Shown one piece after another: positions 42,247-45,622 of a DNA stretch of 45,622 nt; the first letter of the stretch is position 1; every line of letters begins with the position of its first letter. The position numbers and the translations under genes are program-made. This DNA is from Verrucomicrobiota bacterium (GTDB lineage: Bacteria > Verrucomicrobiota > Verrucomicrobiia > Limisphaerales > SIBH01). The notes beneath the pieces were generated by a model. That model was not told where the DNA came from, did not search any database, and saw only the letters and a list, made by a program, of their open reading frames with translations. The stretch is from the NCBI GenBank assembly GCA_038208765.1, contig JBBQYK010000001.1:1-45622 (forward strand), given 5' to 3'.

Positions 42247-43656
42247 CTACCGAATTTCCGGCAAACTCGCTGCCGCCACGGCCTGGCCGTGGCGTTTGTC
42301 TTTTTCGTCCGGCATGTGGAAGTTCACGCGCGCCGCAAGTTCAGGAAACTCGGCGCGCATCACTTCTTTCGCGCCTTCAATCATCACGTTGCCGCCCTCG
42401 CCCGTCGTCACGCGTCCGAGAATCAGGACGTGATCGAAGTCGTAGAAGTCCGCGTAGTGCGCGATGGCGTAGCCGAGATACGTGCCGATGGTCTGGTAAA
42501 TCTTCCGCGCGCGCCCGTCGCCCTGCGCCATGAGCGCCTGCACGAGTTTCAACTTCTCCGGCAGCGGCAGCTTCGCGTCGCACTCGATGCCGGCGACAGG
42601 CATGAGGCGGCCCACGGCTTGTTGCGAGAAGTATTGCGCGCCCACGCCGTAGTCGCCGCTCCACTCGTCGCGCGGCGCGTCTGGATTGAAATCCACCGGC
42701 GCAAAGGCCAGTTCGTTCAGCCAGCTTGTGATGTTGCCTTCGCGCGTCACGTAGCCGGCGGCGAGGCTCGTGCCGAAGGCGAGGCCGAGCACGGCGTTCG
42801 CACCGAGTGCCATGGAGCCGGCGAGCGCGGTCACTTCGCCATCGTTCACCACTTCGAGCGGCACGCCGCCCATCGTGCGCTGCACGTCGAGGAACATGTT
42901 CTTCACGCGCTGCTCGAAATCATCCGGCGCGACGCCGCGAAACAGCGAGGCCACCTTCACGCGGTTGTTCACGTAACAGCCCGCCGCGCTACCGCCGATG
43001 GCGTCCACGCGCGGCAGATGGGACGCGGCGTGGCGCAGCGAATCGAGAAGGCCGTCGAGATGATACTGCGGATCGGCCTGAAAATATGGGTCCCAAACTG
43101 TCTCCTCGCTGAAGACCACCTTACCGTCGATCACCGCCGCGACCTTGCGATCACTGCCGCCGAGATCGAAGCCGATGCGGCAGCCGTTCAGATGACGTCC
43201 CAACGGTTTCGTAGCCGAGCGCGCGGCTGGAAGCTCGCGCGTGGAAACCACTTCGATGGCGTGGTCGTAAATTTTTTCGCCAATGATTTGTGAATCGAAT
43301 TTTCCCGGCGCGGTTTCACGAAAATGTTTCTGCAACCGCGCAGCGAGCGCGGAGGGGCCGTCGAGGTGGATGCGCCAGCCGCCCCAGCCCCAGAGCAGGA
43401 ACTTCACGAGCCGCTCGACATGGGTGAAATTCGCCTCCGCGCCCGCCGCTCCTTCTGTGAACACTTCCGTCTCGCAGTGGAAGACCGAGCCATCCGTCTG
43501 CTCCAGCGCGAGACGCACGGGCTGCGCCTGCCCGGCGGCTCGCACGGCGGCACGGAAGGCACGATTCGCCAGCGCCGCCGGACGAAACGCCGCATCCAGC
43601 ACGGGCGCAAAGCGAGGTGCAGGCCGCAGGAAACTGGGATCAGAAATCATGGACAC
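42247..43656 (-). CDS. ASKHA-superfamily sugar kinase (ROK-like) with a ~150-aa N-terminal extension
   Basis: Contains IGFDLGGSDRKVA, VVNDGEVTALAG and LGLAFGTSLAAGYV. The ROK Cys motif was not seen, so the subfamily is uncertain. Confidence 0.75.
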   Translation of the reverse strand: MSMISDPSFLRPAPRFAPVLDAAFRPAALANRAFRAAVRAAGQAQPVRLALEQTDGSVFHCETEVFTEGAAGAEANFTHVERLVKFLLWGWGGWRIHLDGPSALAARLQKHFRETAPGKFDSQIIGEKIYDHAIEVVSTRELPAARSATKPLGRHLNGCRIGFDLGGSDRKVAAVIDGKVVFSEETVWDPYFQADPQYHLDGLLDSLRHAASHLPRVDAIGGSAAGCYVNNRVKVASLFRGVAPDDFEQRVKNMFLDVQRTMGGVPLEVVNDGEVTALAGSMALGANAVLGLAFGTSLAAGYVTREGNITSWLNELAFAPVDFNPDAPRDEWSGDYGVGAQYFSQQAVGRLMPVAGIECDAKLPLPEKLKLVQALMAQGDGRARKIYQTIGTYLGYAIAHYADFYDFDHVLILGRVTTGEGGNVMIEGAKEVMRAEFPELAARVNFHMPDEKDKRHGQAVAAASLPEIR

Positions 43657-43792
43657 GCCGCAATTTCGCCTGACCGCCGCGCCGGAGGGAATCAGAAAAA
43701 TTTGCGGCAGACGGTGGAAAAGATTTTCGCGAGGTCGCGTGCTGGTGTCGGGGGAATGTCGCTGCGGGACGGAAAGCCTGCGTCCGGGGAAA

Positions 43793-44341
43793 TCAAAGCG
43801 CCAGCACGCCGAGGATGCTCGCGCGCGTCACCGGCCCGAAGGCGCGGCTGTCCACGCTGCGGTTGCGGTTGTCGCCGAGGACGAAGTAGCAGGCGTGCGG
43901 CACGACGGTGGCCTTGCCGAGCGGCGAAACGTCGTTGTGAACAAAGCGGGAGGCGTACGGCTCGAAGATGCGCCGGCCATTCACGTAGGCGGCGTCGTTG
44001 CGCATGATGACGGTTTCGTACGGCAGGCCCACGATGCGTTTCACGATCAGATCGCCAGTTTCGGGGTCTTTCAGCACGACCATTTCGCCGCGCTGCGGTT
44101 CGCGCGTGAGGTAGGCAAAGCGATTGAGGATGCAACGGTCGCCGGCGCGCAGCGTGGGCGCCATGCTCGCGCCCTTGACTTCCACCGCCGTCACGATCAC
44201 CCGGCTGAAAAAGAAATAGCTGGCCACGGACAGGGCGATGAGGAGTCCAAACTTGAGCACGCGGTGCTGTCCGGCGGAGACGACGGTCCTCCGGGTGGTC
44301 GAGGTGTTCCACCGCTTCATTGAAGCCAGCAAGCGTTTCAT
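43793..44341 (-). CDS. lepB: Signal peptidase I
   Basis: TM anchor FGLLIALSVASYFFF, catalytic GASMAPTL, KRIVGLPYE and GDNRNRSVDSR. The start is at MKRLLAS. Confidence 0.9.
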   Translation of the reverse strand: MKRLLASMKRWNTSTTRRTVVSAGQHRVLKFGLLIALSVASYFFFSRVIVTAVEVKGASMAPTLRAGDRCILNRFAYLTREPQRGEMVVLKDPETGDLIVKRIVGLPYETVIMRNDAAYVNGRRIFEPYASRFVHNDVSPLGKATVVPHACYFVLGDNRNRSVDSRAFGPVTRASILGVLAL

Positions 44342-44430
44342 GTTCGTTGCGATACCGTCGCCGCCATCGTGGGCCACGCCGGACCTCCCGACAATGAGCA
44401 CGGTTACGGCGGAGAAGGCCGGGGAAATTA

Positions 44431-45501
44431 CTACTCCCCCGCCTTCACTTCGCGCAAATCGATTTTGTGCGCGTCGGCGGAGCCGAGCTCGAGCAGCGCG
44501 GCATTGCGGTAAAGGTCCAGGCGGTTGGTGCGCGACGCGAGCGCCTCGGCGGCACGGACGCGCTGGGCGTTGATTTCCTGCACGGAAAGCACGTCGAGCG
44601 CGACCGGGTCGGTGCTGAAACGCAACTGGTTCAACGCGATGGAATCGTGCAGCCGCAACGACTGTTCGCCCTGATACTGGCAGACCAGCGCGTCCGTGAT
44701 GTTCAGCACCACGCGCTCGCCCACGCCGGGCAGGGCGAAGATTTCCGGCACGGCCTGCGCGAGTTTGGCCGGGTCGCCCTCGAAACGAATCGTGTTGTCC
44801 ACGCTGCCGAGCGCGAGGCTGTAGAGATGTCCGCACACGCCAATGGAGTTGTGATTCAACAGCGGCGCGATGCTGATGATCTTGGTGATGTTGGTGGTGA
44901 GCAATTTTGTGACGAAAGATTTTCGTCCCACACCGTCCTCCTTCTTCAGAAATTCCAAATCGCCGAAGACCAACTGGCCGAGGAGCGGGAACTCGTAGAA
45001 CTGCGTTGCATCCCAGCCGGTGTCGAGCGCGCCCGCGACGCGCACGCCGTGTTCGCGCGCGAGTTCCACAAAGCCCGCCGCGCGCAGATCCGAAAGTTGC
45101 CGGTCCCAGATGATGATGCGCTGCGCCGGAATTTTCGCTGCGAGCAACCCGTCCACCACGCCCGCGACGACAGACAGCCGCGTGCCGATCTGCGGTCCGG
45201 GCGTGGAAAAAACTTTGATGCCCACCACGTCCTGCGTGCCCACGAGCGAGCGCCAGGCGGCGGCCGTGTCGGCGCGCCTGGTGAAATTGGTGATGCCCCG
45301 CTGCACGAGGGCGCGGACGGCGTCGGGCTGTGGCTTGAACGCTTCCGTGGCGCGCGCGTCCTCGACCACGACCACGCGGGGAAACGACGTCGCGGCCTGG
45401 CCGGGCGCAGGCGTTTCCGCGCCGGCGAGCATTGGAAAAATGCCGGCCAGCAAACACGCCAACCACGGACTTGCGGTGGGAAAAAGTGCGTTCCTTGACA
45501 C
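44431..45501 (-). CDS. DUF362-domain protein with signal peptide
   Basis: VVGIKVF, IIIWDR, ISIAPLLNHNSIGVCG and LNITDALVCQY match the DUF362 pattern as I remember it. I prefer the GTG start at 45501 because the longer ORF (to 45612) overlaps a divergent lipoprotein gene start. Confidence 0.72.
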   Translation of the reverse strand: MSRNALFPTASPWLACLLAGIFPMLAGAETPAPGQAATSFPRVVVVEDARATEAFKPQPDAVRALVQRGITNFTRRADTAAAWRSLVGTQDVVGIKVFSTPGPQIGTRLSVVAGVVDGLLAAKIPAQRIIIWDRQLSDLRAAGFVELAREHGVRVAGALDTGWDATQFYEFPLLGQLVFGDLEFLKKEDGVGRKSFVTKLLTTNITKIISIAPLLNHNSIGVCGHLYSLALGSVDNTIRFEGDPAKLAQAVPEIFALPGVGERVVLNITDALVCQYQGEQSLRLHDSIALNQLRFSTDPVALDVLSVQEINAQRVRAAEALASRTNRLDLYRNAALLELGSADAHKIDLREVKAGE

Positions 45502-45532
45502 GTTCAACACGCGAATGCTACCACGGGCCGAA

Positions 45533-45622
45533 ATGGTGGCGACGAAAAATTCCCCGCAGAAACTCCTGTTCACGCTCGCTCTGGCGCTACTGCTGGGACT
45601 GGCCGGTTGCACGCCGCCCGGC
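45533..45622 (+). CDS. Lipoprotein, N-terminal 30 codons only (runs off the window)
   Basis: MVATKNSPQKLLFTLALALLLGLAGCTPPG is a textbook signal peptide with lipobox LAGC. The frame stays open to the last base. Confidence 0.55.
   Translation, partial: MVATKNSPQKLLFTLALALLLGLAGCTPPG

Noticed and set aside
44342-45466. Upstream 375 codons of ORF 43793..45466
   Set aside because: It is an out-of-frame overlap with the DUF362 gene on the same strand, and the translation is Arg/Gly/Ala-rich. Signal peptidase I is fully accounted for from the Met at 44341.

Overview
This is a GC-rich bacterial chromosomal segment. Gene content suggests the PVC superphylum, probably Verrucomicrobiota: a DUF11-like Cys-rich giant protein, a planctomycete-type cytochrome c fusion, a DUF2723 GT-C protein, and FN3 proteins ending in RFYR. 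That placement is an inference. I can support about 50 CDS, one tRNA-Val(CAC), several hairpin terminators and several palindromic or tandem repeat elements. I saw no rRNA, CRISPR array, transposase, integrase or obvious prophage.

Layout:
- 1-3.9 kb: a signalling cluster. It holds a partial NarX-type kinase, a NarL-type regulator, two CheY-like receivers (one with a Glu at the phospho-acceptor position), small coupled ORFs and a LuxR-HTH protein with nine heptad repeats.
- 3.9-10.7 kb: an FN3 protein divergent from a ~1970-aa secreted protein made of ~13 Cys-rich ~105-aa repeats.
- 11.2-22.3 kb: stress-type genes. These are PRC-barrel/BON, a tightly coupled string of small genes (CBM48, coiled-coil, DUF2934, DUF5069 and others) running into kaiC-like/HK/RR, then a disulfide oxidoreductase, Ohr, a lipoprotein and dodecin.
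- 22.4-34.2 kb: mostly housekeeping. M48 peptidase, CotH, tRNA-Val, a cytochrome c/Cu-monooxygenase-like/TPR fusion, rpsT, HIT, phoH, ybeY, recO, a ceramidase-like gene, an HTH protein and recF.
- 34.3-39.5 kb: ECF sigma, a membrane protein and a 1410-aa DUF2723 (TMEM260-like GT-C) TPR protein.
- 39.8-45.6 kb: gltS, a DapB-like dehydrogenase, a ROK-like kinase, lepB, DUF362 and a partial lipoprotein.

Most interesting observations:
1. A co-oriented GGGGTG-N2-CACCCC-ATAG box occurs about 9 times, only in front of + strand genes between 1.6 and 21 kb. It is a candidate regulon signal, possibly for the LuxR-type regulators encoded here.
2. A candidate ~10-gene operon links CBM48, DUF2934, DUF5069 and unknown small proteins to a KaiC-like ATPase with a sensor-less kinase and a receiver.
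3. The Cys-rich repeat giant carries conserved sequons, and an ECF-controlled GT-C glycosyltransferase-like giant lies in the same window.
4. A 63-nt perfect palindrome is inserted in frame in ybeY.
5. A family of hairpins built from short tandem repeats sits in intergenic regions.

All domain calls were made by eye from motifs. No database search was run.
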